Of a DNA stretch of 64,000 nt, positions 49,761-63,019 are shown piece by piece; within the stretch, counting starts at the first letter, position 1, and every line of letters begins with the position of its first letter. The notes below the pieces were generated by a model. That model was not told where the DNA came from. It saw only the letters and a program-made list of their open reading frames with translations, and did no database searches. Source of the stretch: Selaginella moellendorffii. Its lineage: Eukaryota; Plantae; Lycopodiophyta. The position numbers were made by a program, and so were the translations under genes. Location of the stretch: contig NW_003314278.1 in assembly GCF_000143415.4 (NCBI RefSeq), forward strand, positions 1,872,362 to 1,936,361, in the 5' to 3' direction.

Positions 49761-52639
49761 GTAAAGAGTAGCTTCAAGCCTCTAGAGGTACATGCATTTT
49801 GCATCGTGATTTAGGCACAAAGGCATTTCCTGAGTTAGGAATTGAGATCAGGATTTCTCCATGTTTAAATTCTTGACTTGGATGACTGGGCATGTAATGG
49901 TTATATAGGCTAGTGATAGCACGCCAGACCTATCCCCTTTCTGTCTTTTATATCCTTGGCCATAATAACATACACTCCACTTGCTCAACATCTACTCTTT
50001 TCTTCCATGCCTATCTTACTCATTGCCTTTTGGGGATTAAGTCTATGAGATGTAGATTAATCTCAGCATCAACATCTTTACAACAACACATGGCTAAGTA
50101 TTTCTTTCCTTTTTATGTTTGGATTTAGTTTAGATTAGAGAGGATTCATAAGATCATTGTAGAGGTGATTTTGTAGTTCTCTACTTTGGCAACTACAGTG
50201 GGATAGGAGAAGTGAAGAGTACTCAAAGAACAAAGACTGGAAGCCTTGGCCACAACTAAAAGAAGAAGCCAAAGTCAAGAATCAAGGGAAAAATTGAAAA
50301 AAAAAAAAAAACAAAACAAAAAGAAGAAAAAAAACGAAAAAGACGACAAAAACCTACAGCAAGAAGCATGGCAATCATGCTAGAGACTAAATGCTTGAAG
50401 ACTACGATCATCTAATGATCGCTTACTTCTTAAAAAGTCCAAACATCTTCCATAACCGCCTGTTGGTGAGAGGTTGAAGATGAAGAATATTCTACACATC
50501 AGAATATTTGAAGAATCTCTGACAAGAAATTAGAGCAAGCAAGTGCTAACGAGCATGAAAATATGAAGAACACTTGAAGATTGAAGCCACCCAAATCATG
50601 GAAAACTTGGACTGTGAGCGTAATCGTTTTTAGCGAGAGGTTGAAGAAAACAAATATATCAAGAATCTGCGACAAAGAAACAACCAAAGAAAAATTCTAG
50701 TGGCTGGAGATGGAAGAAGAATGAAAGAGCACGATTGCCCATGTGGAGACATAAGCTGTACAAGATACAAAGATTGCCTTTTGTGATGTTTCAGAAATTA
50801 TGCAAAATCATACAAGCAATGCTATCTAAAATGGTGATGCAACATTTGCAAGCAAGTAAAAGCAAGACTCCGACTCAAGGATGAAAATGCCATAGCAGTA
50901 GAGAGAGAAAAATGAGAAAAAATAGCCCAAGAAAATGACGTCAAAAAGAGTGACAAAAGTTTAGAAAAAGGAGAGAAACAAAGCTTCAGTTGCTTTCTAA
51001 AACTCCAAGAAACACTTTTGCAACTCTTTTACAAATTGTCTAGCAAATAGGAAAAATGCAAAAATGAGAAAATGTTGAAAGAAAAATATGTTTACTTCGG
51101 TTTCTTTGCAATTCAAAGAACCCTGACTTGAGTGAATCGTGGACACTTCTTTCAACAAACAAATATCGAATTCTTAGGCATACATAAATATGAAACTTTT
51201 CAACCATTAACACTTATTTTCAACACTGATTTGATGAGAGTTATAGCAGCAACAGAGTGTGAAACCTTGAACCACAAGTTCGTTGGTTTGTTGACACAAA
51301 ATTACTTTACCAACTTCTTCAAAGTCCTCTGGGTGTAATGCTACCAACAAGCACTCTTAATGAACTATACACTATAGCATATTAGCATCGTTTAGGATGG
51401 ACAAGAATAGCTGGAGAATTAAGAAATCAAGAATAGGGCAATCAACAAATTTGAATTGGGAATTTGAGTTCAAGAAACCGATGGGAACCTGAACTTGAGT
51501 CAAGTTCAAGGGAATGTCTTTAAAGTTCAAGGATTACGAATCGAAGGAGGAGAAATTTAAGATGGAATCACAATGGGCCAAGATTAAATATAGTAACAAA
51601 CTTCAACTTTGACACTAAGGTCCAACATCGAAACCCCAGCTTAGAAATACATATCACTCGCAACCAACAAGGAAGAGTGTGTCCAAGAAATTTCAACATT
51701 TTAAGGAGTATTTTAGGAGATCTTGTGTCAAGATTACAAACTTATAATGCAAGAATATTAATTGAGACTATACCTTGGGAATTTTGCGAAGTGATCGACT
51801 CTGATTGTGAAAGAGAATGTGCTATAGGGAAGTAGAACAAAACCGGCAAGTACGGTATCAAGGAAATGCACCATCACAAAATTGACCATAGAGAAAAGCA
51901 CGCTGGATAGATTTGCGCACATATAAGCTTAAAGCAACAAGAATCTGTTGGAAACCATACTTTGACGTGTGGATGTCACTTGAGACAAAAAACATACAAG
52001 AATTAGGACATTAAAAATACAACCACTGCTGTATTTAACATTTTCAAATCTTACAAATGACTGGGAAACACAAAAGCTCATAGTGAGAGCTCGAATTCCA
52101 AAACAACCAACATATTGTAAGAGATCAAAACAATTTTTCAAGACTGGACTACTAAAGAGAATTGCAATCATTTGCATACTTGCTTGATCCCAAAGTTGGC
52201 GAGCAGTATCCAAATTTACTAGCGAACAGCTAAGTCAATCAATTTATAACAAAACAGACCTCCTTCCAACAAACAAAATTGTGCTTACTTACACCATCAG
52301 ATTTTTCAAATACAAGACCTTTCCTGAGCTAGACTCAGGAAAGTGACCTTAGGACGAAACTCGGGAAGAATCGAGAAAGAAAAACTCGATTGAAGACTCA
52401 AGACACAAGAGTTTGACTTTGCATTTATACTACAAAACCAAACTTGCAAAAGACTCAAGACACAAGAGCTTGACTTTCCAATCTATGAAGAACAACAATT
52501 GACTCAAGATAACTTAGGCAAAACACAAATTCAAGAAACTTACCTTGACATTCAAGTTGAGAAAACTCAGTAAACTGAATGTATAAATAGAAACTAGACC
52601 CAATCAAGATCCAGGAAAGAGATCTTTAACAAAAGAATC

Positions 52640-53560
52640 GAGAAGTGAAAAAGGAAGAGGTAGTAAAAGAGAAATTAGAACAACAACAGCAACAAATTTT
52701 AGAAACGATTTTAAACAAGTACGACAAAGAGGATAAACAAATTCAAGTTGCCGAGTCGAGCAACCCAGTCAAAGATAACAAAGAACTGAATATTGAAGAC
52801 GCCCCAGAGTTTGAGGCATTTGAAGAAGCAAAATACACAACACCAGAGTTTTACTCAAATCCAGACTCACCAAAACAACAACTCAACCAATAAAGTCTAT
52901 AACCACCTATGGCAACCATTAACCCAATAAGTACAATTGGAAGCATGGTTACATATCCAATTTTCACAGGAAGTAAGTTAGAAGATTCAAAATTACATGT
53001 AAAACAATTCAACAAGATTGTCAAAATGAACAATCAAGAACAGTATTAAGCCATATTTTTCCCATGCACACTTAAAGGAAAAGCTTTTGAGTGGTATAAT
53101 ACACTAGAGGATTCTATACCACATGACTAGAAACTTGAACAATTCAAGAAACAATTCCCAGCTGGAGGAACACCGAATGAGCATTATGAGCAAATTAAGA
53201 ATATAAAACAGCAACCAAAGGAAGGAATTCAAGACTATACTAGACGATTCAAATTACATGCAAAGAAATGTAAAGATCTCATCACCAACAAAGGCAAGAG
53301 TTTGTCTTATATACATTAAAACTTGAGAAACAGTTTAAGCAATTCACTAAAGGTGAATCTTCTCATGCTAATGATGACTCAGATGATGAAAAGGAAGAAA
53401 TATTAATCAAAACCAAAAAGAAACAGACACAGTGAAAAGACATTAGACATGTATTGAAGAAGTTAGCTTCAACTGAACTTAAACAAGGAGTCTTTTGTAC
53501 AAAATGCAAAAATGAAGGACATTCTATTTCAGACTGTAAATTCCATTTACCCAAATGTCA
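52640..53560 (+). mobile_element. Ty3/gypsy gag remnant
   Basis: YPIFTG...HVKQF, FPCTLKGKAFEWY, IKQQPKEGIQDYTRRF and a CCHC knuckle CTKCKNEGHSISDC (~53496-53537). Confidence 0.8.
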
Positions 53561-54523
53561 TGGCATTAGGATTTAAAATGCTTTGGTTGTTTTGTGTTTA
53601 TGTTCTTTCACTTTTTATTTAGTCCAACTATCTATTATCTAATCTATGCTCTTAAGAAAGACTCACTTGAATAAAAGGGATTAATAAAGGGTCCAACAAT
53701 ACCAACCTCCTGCCAAATGTAACTGGATGACCTTGGATGGATGGAGTGAGAATAAGCATCTTATATTGCAAAGTTTAAGCTTGACTAGCTTCTTTTTGCC
53801 ACCACCTAACACTATATCTTGATGAGGAACACTTTCAAGTTTCTTCCACACTCACACACTCAATATAAACCATTTGTATGTGATTTAATGCATTACTTTA
53901 ACAAAGGAGCATATGGAAAAATAGATTGAGTATCTATTGCCTATACTACAGTGGAGCTGATGTAATCTACTAAGGACCCATATGTTCTTATGTATTCTAC
54001 ATCAAGACCTACTCAAATTTTAGAAAATTTTAGATGTATGACTTTCGAGTCACCAACTTTGCTTCTTGTTTGATTGGAATCTCATTTTCCACCACAATTT
54101 ATTTGCTGTAGCTCTTCATAGGAACTTACAAAAGGCTTTGAAAACCCTTCTAGCATCATTATGCATCAAACAGCTTTGCTCCTGTTTAAGCATCTTCTCA
54201 AATCGAGCCTTCCTCTTGGTGCTAATAATATTTATGACTTGAAGAGTGGTCTTCTTTAGTTTTCTAAGCTCGAACTTGTGGCTTTATTTGTTTGCAATCT
54301 TTGGTACAACTTGGAATGCATGTAGATCATTTATCTCAAAATCACTTTTTAAATCTTACTACTTCATGAATCATAATTGCCATTATTGCTTATGGAAAAT
54401 TCTTCTACCACCCTTGCAAGATTTTATTGCACAATTATCTTGACTCACTTCTCTTCATTGTGTCATCTATATTCTCTCTACCATAAAAACCTATAGTAAT
54501 GTGCTTTGAGAGTCTTTTAATAC

Positions 54524-55220
54524 TTAATGAGGAGCTTTCCATAAAGCTCCTTGTAAATCTGTCGACCATAATATAATATAACCATCATTTTCTACTACAA
54601 GCCCAACTGTTTTTATACAATCAGGTTTTATTTTACAATATTTTAAGCGTGAAGCTTTAATAAAAATCTTGTCCCCAATATATACATCTGAGTTGTAAAG
54701 AATATTGATTGGGCATGGAGAATGTGTATAAATGCCAGATTCATATAACACTCTTTCTCCATCTAGCATATCATATAGGACAAAATTGCAATCTACCTGT
54801 ATGATAAATCGATACCTAGCATTCTTGGATTGAAAGATATATGGATCACTAACAAATGATCCCAAGGATTTAAAACCACTAATTATGCTTGTCTTAAAAG
54901 GCCAACAATCTTCTAAATCTGAATACCAATCTTGGATTTGATAATAACTCTTGTTATGAGTAATTTGGGGCTGGATTGAAGGAGTATAAGGAGGAAAGGG
55001 AGTTATTATAAGTGTTTAATTCATTATGTTCACTTTTATCAATAGGCCATGAAACATAATCAATTCCTAAGAGTTTAGATATAACTAACATTGTTCCATA
55101 GCCATTCACCCGTGCTTGGGGGATGATGATTTTAAGAATTTGCATATATTCATATCTCATAATATTAGAAGATAGTGCAATAGACTCGTCAGAAGACACT
55201 GAACAAGTGATGGCTATCAT
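54524..55220 (-). CDS. Bulb-type (GNA-like) mannose-binding lectin domain ORF; may be a pseudogene or last exon
   Basis: FIIQVDCNFVLY matches QxDxNxVxY, and LVVENDGYIILW...ALW is a second degenerate site. The lectin frame is open from ~55015; the upstream part is in another frame. Confidence 0.65.
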
Positions 55221-55989
55221 TGAAGGAGCAATACTGAAGAACCAAAGACGTATAGTAACATAATAATTATCTGTGATTGCAATATTATATGTAAAGCTTT
55301 ACCCCGCAGAGTAAAAAGCAAATTTTTGAAGAGAATTGATAAGAGAAGAAATAGCACTTGTGACTTTCCTTGTTTCGAATTGGGAAAATTGCCCAGGATG
55401 TCGAGCATCCAGGATTGTCATGCTAGAGATATGCAAGAAAAAATCCTATTAATATAATGATAGTTAAAGCATACACCAGACTCCTCATTATTAACAACTT
55501 TATTATGAAAATGTGGAAACCAATTAATCACAAAATTAATCAATAGGAGAGCTCACCTTTTTTATCAAAGCTCAATATAATGAGAAAATATATGTTGGTT
55601 GGTTCTCCATAGCTTGTGTAGATCTAATTTTTTTTCCCAGCCAAAAGAGATTGGTAGTGGACGAAAAATACCTTAATTTGTATCACTTTTCAAAATGTTT
55701 GAACTTTTACTTGGAGAATTGCTTTATGTAGAAGTGGGCCATTTTTCATCAGTTTGTATCAACATGTTAACTTGTGGAGCCTTTGAAAATGTTAGCTATC
55801 AATAAGTAGACAGAAGGATTGCTAAGGGTTACAAGCCCAATGCCATAGCCTGTAACAATAGAGAAAAAAATTTATTGTGTACTTTATTTAATGAAATGAG
55901 AAAATTCAAAACTAACACTCAATTGATATTATGGTATAGCTTTTGTTTGTGATTTGTTTATAATAGAGTAGTATTGCCTAGTAAATGCT

Positions 55990-56820
55990 GAATAAGTACA
56001 AAAATTAATAATTTTATACACTTTTGATCGTTCTCTATCGCTCTAGACACACTATATAGCATGACCATATATTTAGAATACTAATATATTCCTAAAGTGA
56101 CTATATAAATATTATTGATAAAGATATTATATTAAAAGTAATACCTGGGAATGTGAATATATTTAGAACACTAAGATTTTAAGATTCTTAATACCCAATC
56201 TAAAAGAAAGTAAAATAAAATTTCTAATATTAATTTTTTATATTTATTAGAATATGAATATATTTAGTACACTCCAGACCAAAAATATAAAAATAATAAT
56301 TACTAAAACAGAATTTTATTAATAAGATGTTACATGTAAAGTATGTTTTCTTGGGATATAAGAATCCTAAAATGTTAAGAAAACTAATATATTACTACCT
56401 AGACTCAAAAAATAGTAAATAAAAATTAATAGGATTAATTATCATTAATTTGGGAATAATTATTTATTTTTATGTTTTACTTAGAATATGAATAAAAATA
56501 TAACTAAAATTCTAAGAACATTAATATATTACTCAGACCCAAAAAAGTAAACCTAGAAATTAAAAAATTGTATATACTCTTAAACTCAAGCACCTAGAAA
56601 GAGAATATAAATAAATTTACTTAATATTTAATTAATATAGATATTAGCAAAGAATTACTATACCATATTCTTTACTTAGAATATAGAACAATAAAATTTT
56701 AAGAACACTAATATTACTACCCAGACCTAGGTAAAACTAAGACAAAAATATAAAAAATAATTGTTATTCTACAAATTATATTCCATAGTACTAATAAACT
56801 ATGTTTGTAGTTATTCAAAA
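55990..56820. repeat. Very AT-rich region with degenerate recurring motifs
   Basis: ttagaatatgaata, aagaacactaatat and act.ccagacc recur irregularly. Confidence 0.4.
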
Positions 56821-57389
56821 GATTTATAAAGGTTATAAAGACTAAGCTAACCCAAACCTTGAGCATTAACCTCATGTTAAAATGTAAGTCTCATGCCTAG
56901 AGAGAGGCAATCCATATAGAATTGTTGTGATTTCCCAATCAATACATCAGTACAAACAAGGAATTTCCTTGTCAATTAGTGAGGTATCTATCAATCATAT
57001 ACATAAAGAAGAAAAATGTATAACAGGCTATCTTAATTATATTTACTAATTGAGTCAAATTTAAGTTAAAATGAATTTTAATCATAGTATCCAAGCTAGG
57101 AAACAATATTCTTGGCCCAATGGTTTTGCAACCTGAGCAACATCTACTGCACAATCACTAGTAGACTTGGTAGCCATGTCCTATAGGAACCCCAAGAGCT
57201 CTTGTTCTTGTGCCTACACAATCCCTTATATAAAGAGTTTTCCAAGAGAAAAAAAAAATTGATAAGTGATGCAAGAGGGCTATAGTCCTATAGTAGGCAA
57301 CATTTTTTGTCACTTACAATCCATGGTTGTGCCTCAACAATTCTCTGCCCTAGCATCTAATCTCCTAGATCTACATCTATATAGCATAC

Positions 57390-58231
57390 TTGAATTTGAA
57401 GTTAAACTCTAAACTTATTGTGCTAAAATACGAGGGTCTAATACACACTTAATATCCCTTATAAACATTAACTCCCTATATCTAGCTCTTGTATGCAAAG
57501 CAATGTCAAATGATATCTAATACAATTTTGGCATACTAATGGCTTAACATGAGGAGGTGGGTACTATTGACTATATTACCATGGAGTTTAGGGTTAAACC
57601 CAAATTAGACTTAGAATAAGGAATGACACAGCCCAGTGGAAGACAAATTAATGTGTTAAATGCTCTACCATACTTTTAACCACTATCTTTATTACATTTA
57701 AAACTCCCCACAATGCCCTAGTTCTAAAAGTTAGTTTCTAAGACAAGCTCGAAAACTTATTAAATATAGAATAAAACTAGATTGTGAATCAAGATGTGAG
57801 AACAATACTATAGTTAACAAATGAGTTTCTTTAACCAGATCAAATATGCTTGACTAATAGCATTTAGGAATTTCATCTTTATGGTCATTTAGAGCATTAC
57901 GAGAAGCCTATCGCAACATGATAGCCTTGGCTGATACACTTGATGAAGAAAGTGTTGATTCACTATTTTAAGGAATCCCTGAGAGGTCATCCAACTCAGT
58001 ACTATTCAAACTTAAAGATGGTTAACACCAAATGTCCCAAAACTATTAACCAATTTGAAAAGGGGGTACACTTTGTTCATATGCCCTTTCCTTTTATATT
58101 TGAACCTCTATAGATAGTTTCTTAAATTGTTTTCTTTGATTATTTATATTGCCACTATAGTAATAAGGAGAGAATATTGATAAGGATTAACCAAAAAATA
58201 TCTTTTGATACCAAAAATCACATTCACAATA
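57390..58231 (-). mobile_element. Eroded family A LTR; left boundary approximate
   Basis: aatgagtttctttaaccag.tcaa.tatgcttgactaatagca at 57820-57862 matches 3356-3395. The LTR start (rc) tttgatacc..aatcacattcacaata ends at 58231. Confidence 0.75.
57971..58148 (-). mobile_element. Second, older Cassandra-like 5S-bearing LTR
   Basis: Collinear with the reverse complement of 44795-44971 (gaggtca.ccaac.cagta.tattcaaac; tcccaaaac; tatatttgaacc). Confidence 0.78.
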
Positions 58232-59229
58232 GCCCACGAATCCACATGGTTCAGACTAAGTGCCAGTCATAGATTAGATCAATCAATTTCCCAAGACACT
58301 CAATTGCTAGATAGCACTACCTATGGCACTCCATTACTCTAGAGTGCTGGCCATAGTGCTCCATTATTAATCCAGCTCTAGGGAAATTTGCAAATGGATG
58401 GATAAGACCTTAGAACAACATCCAAGTGCTGCAGATTACAATCTCTCCTCCATTTGCAGTGTCAATGAATGCGATTCTTTTCACAATTCTAGCCATGACT
58501 CCAACAGTTTAACTCTACTTGCTATTCAGTGAATGTAGCAAGATTTTAGTTGCAGATAATCTATTTTCCCTACTACAAAGAATTCTAACAATCAAACAAT
58601 AAAATTTTGTTGATTTTGATGCAAATATTATTTTCTTTAATGTTTCTTTTCTTGGAGATGGCTTTGCTTGCTACTCACTAGACTAATCAAGCCTTAGAGG
58701 ACTATGCCAGACTCAGTGATTAGGGTGTTTGTTTGTTAAAACTGATGGTTTGATTGAATTTTTACTTTGAATTGAATAATCTAGATTGTTTGATAAAAAA
58801 ATAGGAAATTCATATGGCTCATGTGTGGATGACACAAACTATAATGAATATCATCCAAATATTGTGTTCATTGTTCATTACCTAATCATGATCTATGAAA
58901 CCAATGATTGATTGTGAAATTTACATAAATTCATACAAATCCAATTCTATTCATAGACTATGAAATCCTCTTTTTCCTATGATTTTGGCATAAAGAAAAT
59001 CACATTATTTTCAACTTAAATTATTTCCCTATATCAATGAGTGTATATACTTCAAACTTACATAGTTCTTATTATACCCTTCTATGTATAGTCTTTCAAT
59101 TTTAATTTGATAAAGAAAATGATGTTTTTATAATAGGCTATCCAACCTAGCTATATATAAAGTAGTAAATTTTATTTAATCTTTACCTGTTGTTAAGTAA
59201 AGTCATATTTGCTTTCCTTACTATACAAC

Positions 59230-59930
59230 TTATGTTTCTTAGTTTTTTAAACAATTCATCAAGTGCTTGGAATACTTCTCTAGCATCTCATTATAGATTA
59301 GGATATCATCAATTTAGACAACAATAAAGTGATTTAGATAGGGTACAAAGATTTGATACATTAGTGCTAAGAACATTGTTATTTAATGAACTTTCAATAG
59401 TAGTTGTATAGCCCTAAAAATGCCCTTAACTTGTATATGTTCAATAGTCATTGTATCATTTAAACCTTCTTAGGATCCACCTTAAGCTTGTCCTTGCCTA
59501 CCACATGCTCAAAAGATTTTACCTTTTGTTGATTAAAGTTATATTTGTTCTCTATAACATACAACTTGTGTTCCCTTAGTTTCTCAAATATGTTCATCAG
59601 GGGTTTAGCATATTCCTCTAATGTCTCATTATAGATTAGGATATGGTTAATGTAGATGACCACAAAATGATCCAAATAAGGTACAAAGATGTATTTCTAC
59701 ATTGACGACCACAAAATGATCCAAATAAGGTATAAAGATGTAGTTTTACATTGACGACCACAAAATGATCTAAATAAGGTACAAAGATATTTCATCAACA
59801 TCAAGAACATTGTTGGTGCATTAGATAGCCAGAAGGGCATCACTCAAAGCTTTCATACCTTATTCGACAAGTTGTCTTCTTAATATCTTCTCTACTACTT
59901 TGATTTAGTCATATCTTATCTTTAGGTCAA
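59230..59930 (-). mobile_element. Ty3/gypsy reverse transcriptase remnants, partly duplicated
   Basis: IDLK, MPFWLSNAPTMFL and DHFVVIYINHILIY...KLREHKLYV...KVDPKKV. A second FIVV*IDDILIY copy lies at ~59290-59330. Confidence 0.8.
59655..59789. repeat. 49-bp tandem repeat, ~2.7 copies
   Basis: gaccacaaaatgatc.aaataaggta.aaagat starts at 59658, 59707 and 59756. Confidence 0.92.
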
Positions 59931-61809
59931 TGTAAACTATAAATTTTGCCTTTCCAATTTGTTAGTTTACCTCGTTTATCTCACCACCATAGCCTTAGTC
60001 TTAATAAAGTTCCCTTGCTAAGGTTTATGCATATTGTATCAGCTCCTACTTGGTCCTACTTGGTTTTAACAACTCACTATACGAGCAATGGAGCGCTAGC
60101 CATTTAACCACAAATTCCTAAATTCTCTCCCAATCCCCTTCCCCGAGTTAGACTAAATTTAAGGTTCAACTACACTCCCCACAAACACAAGCAGCTAAGC
60201 AAACCAAGCCTCCAAATTCCTAACATTCATTGGTACAACAAAACTTGATCATGAGACCCTATAAATCCCAAGCCTTGGGTGCAACACTTGCTTCAGGATA
60301 TCGGGTGGAAACACTATGGGTTAACGGCCCAGTATGGATACCCCTACTCCCCCATTTTCATCCTGAAGGAAAGGCCCAAGCCCTTAGGAAGGGCGAGGAC
60401 TAATGAGCCGCAAGGTACTCAAGTGGGGCACCACTCCACTTGAGGTGGAAACACTACAGTCGATTTCTCTTCTGGGAGTGGGAGCTACTTTTGAGCACTT
60501 CCTTGGGTGGTCCCTCTAGCACCACCTAAATCCATGCTCACTCCCACCCAAGGCCCCTAAGCCTTAGCCTCAACCTTAAGTCAGTTTAGAAGCACCATTA
60601 GAGAGTTCCTTCAAGATTAGTTTTTGGACCTTATTATCTTTACTATACTTTTGGAACCCTTTGCAACCCTTCCTCCCCCCCCTAGGAGACACATGCTTTG
60701 GGCTTTTGCCAATGACCTGTATTAGTATGCGGACTTGGTTTCGGACTTGATCTCGGACTCTAATCTCGAACTCGACCTCAGACTTGGTCTCAGACTTGAT
60801 CTTGGACCCGACTTCAGACTTTGTCTTGGAATCGATCTCGGACTTAGTCTCGGACCCAATCTCAGATCTCGAACTCAGTCTCGGACTTGGACTTAAACTT
60901 GGTCTCAGAGTCAGTCTCGGAGTCGATCTTGGACTCAATCTCAGACTTGGTGTCAAAGTCAGTCTCTGACTCGATCTTGGACTTGGTCTCATTCGATAAA
61001 CTCTTTATCATTTTTGTCATGCTTTTTGGGGATCTTTTAGCCTACAACACCTCGGGGAGTTGGTTTCTTACAACTCCACCACCCATATAAAAAGTTTGAT
61101 GCCCACATCGAATGTCTCTTTTTAATCCTATGACTTGTTGACCATGTCTCCAAGGGCATCCCCCCACTTAGTGGCATGCTTTAAGTTAGCCTCCCCGGCC
61201 AAGAGCCCATAACAATAGAATATAAGTGTCTCTATATCCCTCACCTCACCATGCCCTAATATAGTGTTGGGACTTAAACCTAGGTTTACTTTACTAGAGG
61301 TTTGGAACTCAAACCCAACCTCTGTAGAATACGTCTACGGATTTGACATCTTGAGTCGAGTGTAGTTCCCTACGCTTAGTCGACCTAGTTAACCCAACCT
61401 TCGGCGCGCTTTTGGGTCCCAACATATGACATTGCTTAATTTCTCAAATATATTCTGTAATTAAAGTTTGCATAAGTACATAGAGTTTGATATTACAAAA
61501 ATTCCTCCATTACATCTCACGCATTTGCTAGGTTTCCCTCTAGTTCTCATGTTACTTCGCAATGTGAAAATCCTTTCCACTTCACATGGAACTCCCTCAC
61601 CTCATCCTTGTCACTTGCTCTTGCATGCATTAAGGATGGCCTCAACTTTGTATTCTTCTTCTCCTTGGATAACCTTAGGTAAAAGTCTTATTTGGTCCAT
61701 GCAAAGCGGATCCTCAAAGTATAGATTAAGTAAGTTCACGTGGAACACAGGGTGCATTTTCCCCATCTCCCTAGGAAGTCGAAGGCGGTAAGCCACCTTA
61801 CCAATTTGA
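59931..61809 (-). mobile_element. 3' end of an older family B chromovirus (integrase C-terminus, chromodomain, PPT, 3' LTR)
   Basis: AYRLRLP...MHPVFHVNLL...EEEYKVEAIL (61611-61796); purine-rich tract next to the LTR (61073-61084); LTR 59931-61072 is the reverse complement of 61810-62960. Confidence 0.88.
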
Positions 61810-61892
61810 TGTAAGGAACCGACTCCCCAAGATGTCGTAGGCTAAAGGATCCCCAAAAGCTTGACCGAAATGACAAAGAGTTCATCGGATGG

Positions 61893-62172
61893 GACCAAGT
61901 CGAGGATCGAGTCCAAGACCGACTCTAGGACCGAGTTCGAGATAGAGTCCGGAATCGAGTCCGAGACCGACTCGGGGACCGAGTTCGAGTCCGAGTTCGA
62001 GACCGAGTTCGAGACGGAGTCCGAGATCCGAAATCGGGTCCAAGACCGAGTCCGAGGTCGAGTCCGAGGTCGGGTCCGAGGTCGGGTCCGAGATCGAGTC
62101 CGAAATCGAGTCCGAGACCGAATCCGAAGTCGGATCCGAAATCGGATCCGAGATCGAGCTAGAGACTAAGTC
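61893..62172. repeat. Hexamer-based minisatellite (GAGTCC/GAGACC/GAGTTC) in the family B LTR
   Basis: Tandem array is visible; the eroded counterpart lies at 60730-60990. Confidence 0.9.
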
Positions 62173-63019
62173 CAAATACTAATACGGGACAAGGGGTGAA
62201 AGCCCAAAACGTGCGTCTCCCAGGGGGGGGGGGGGGCTGCAGGGGGTTCCAAAAGTATAGTAGGGATAGTGAGGTCCAGGAACCAGTTTTGAAGGGACTC
62301 TCCAGTTGGGCTTCCAAACCGACTTGAGGTTGAGACTGGGACCGAGGGGCCTTGGGTGGGAGTGAGCATGGACTTGGCTGGTGCCGGAGGGGCCATCCAA
62401 GGAAGTGCTCAAGAGCAGCTCCCACTCCCGAAAGGGAAACCGACTGCGGTGCTCCCGGCTCAGGTGGAGTGGTGCCCCACTTGAGTACCTTGTGGCTCAT
62501 TGGTCCTCGCCCTTCCGGGGGCTTGGGCCTTCCCTTCGGGATGGAAGAGGGGGGGTAGAGGTACCCATACCGGGCCGTTAGGCCACGGTGTTTCGCTCCA
62601 ACGTCCCGAAGCAAGTGCTGCACCCAAGGCTTGGGATTTAGAGGGTCCCATGACCAAGTCTTGTGGTACCAAGGGGTGTTAGGAATTTGGAGGTTTGGTG
62701 TGCTTGGCTGCTTGTGCCTGCGGGGAGTGTAGCCGAACCTTAAGTCCAGTCTAACCCGGGGAGGGGGATTGGGAGAGATTTGGGAATCCGTAGATGGATG
62801 GCTAACACTCTATTGCTCGTGCAGTAAGTAGCTGAAACCAAGTAGGAGCTGGTACCATAGGCGAGAACCTTGGCGAGGGAACTTAGCACAAGCCAAGGCA
62901 GAGTTGGTTGGATAGGCGAGGTAAGCTGGCAAATTGGAAAGGAAAAATTTGTGGCTTACAATTTGGTATCGGAGCCTCTTCCTCAGTTCTAGCAAAGGAT
63001 AGAGGCGGATTGCTGGGAG

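Noticed and set aside
59655-59789. CRISPR-like array
   Set aside because: Plain tandem duplication of RT sequence without unique spacers, in a eukaryotic context.
59931-61072. Solo LTR interpretation
   Set aside because: The flanks GTCAA and ACTCC do not match, and a PPT plus integrase/chromodomain adjoin it, so it is a 3' LTR.
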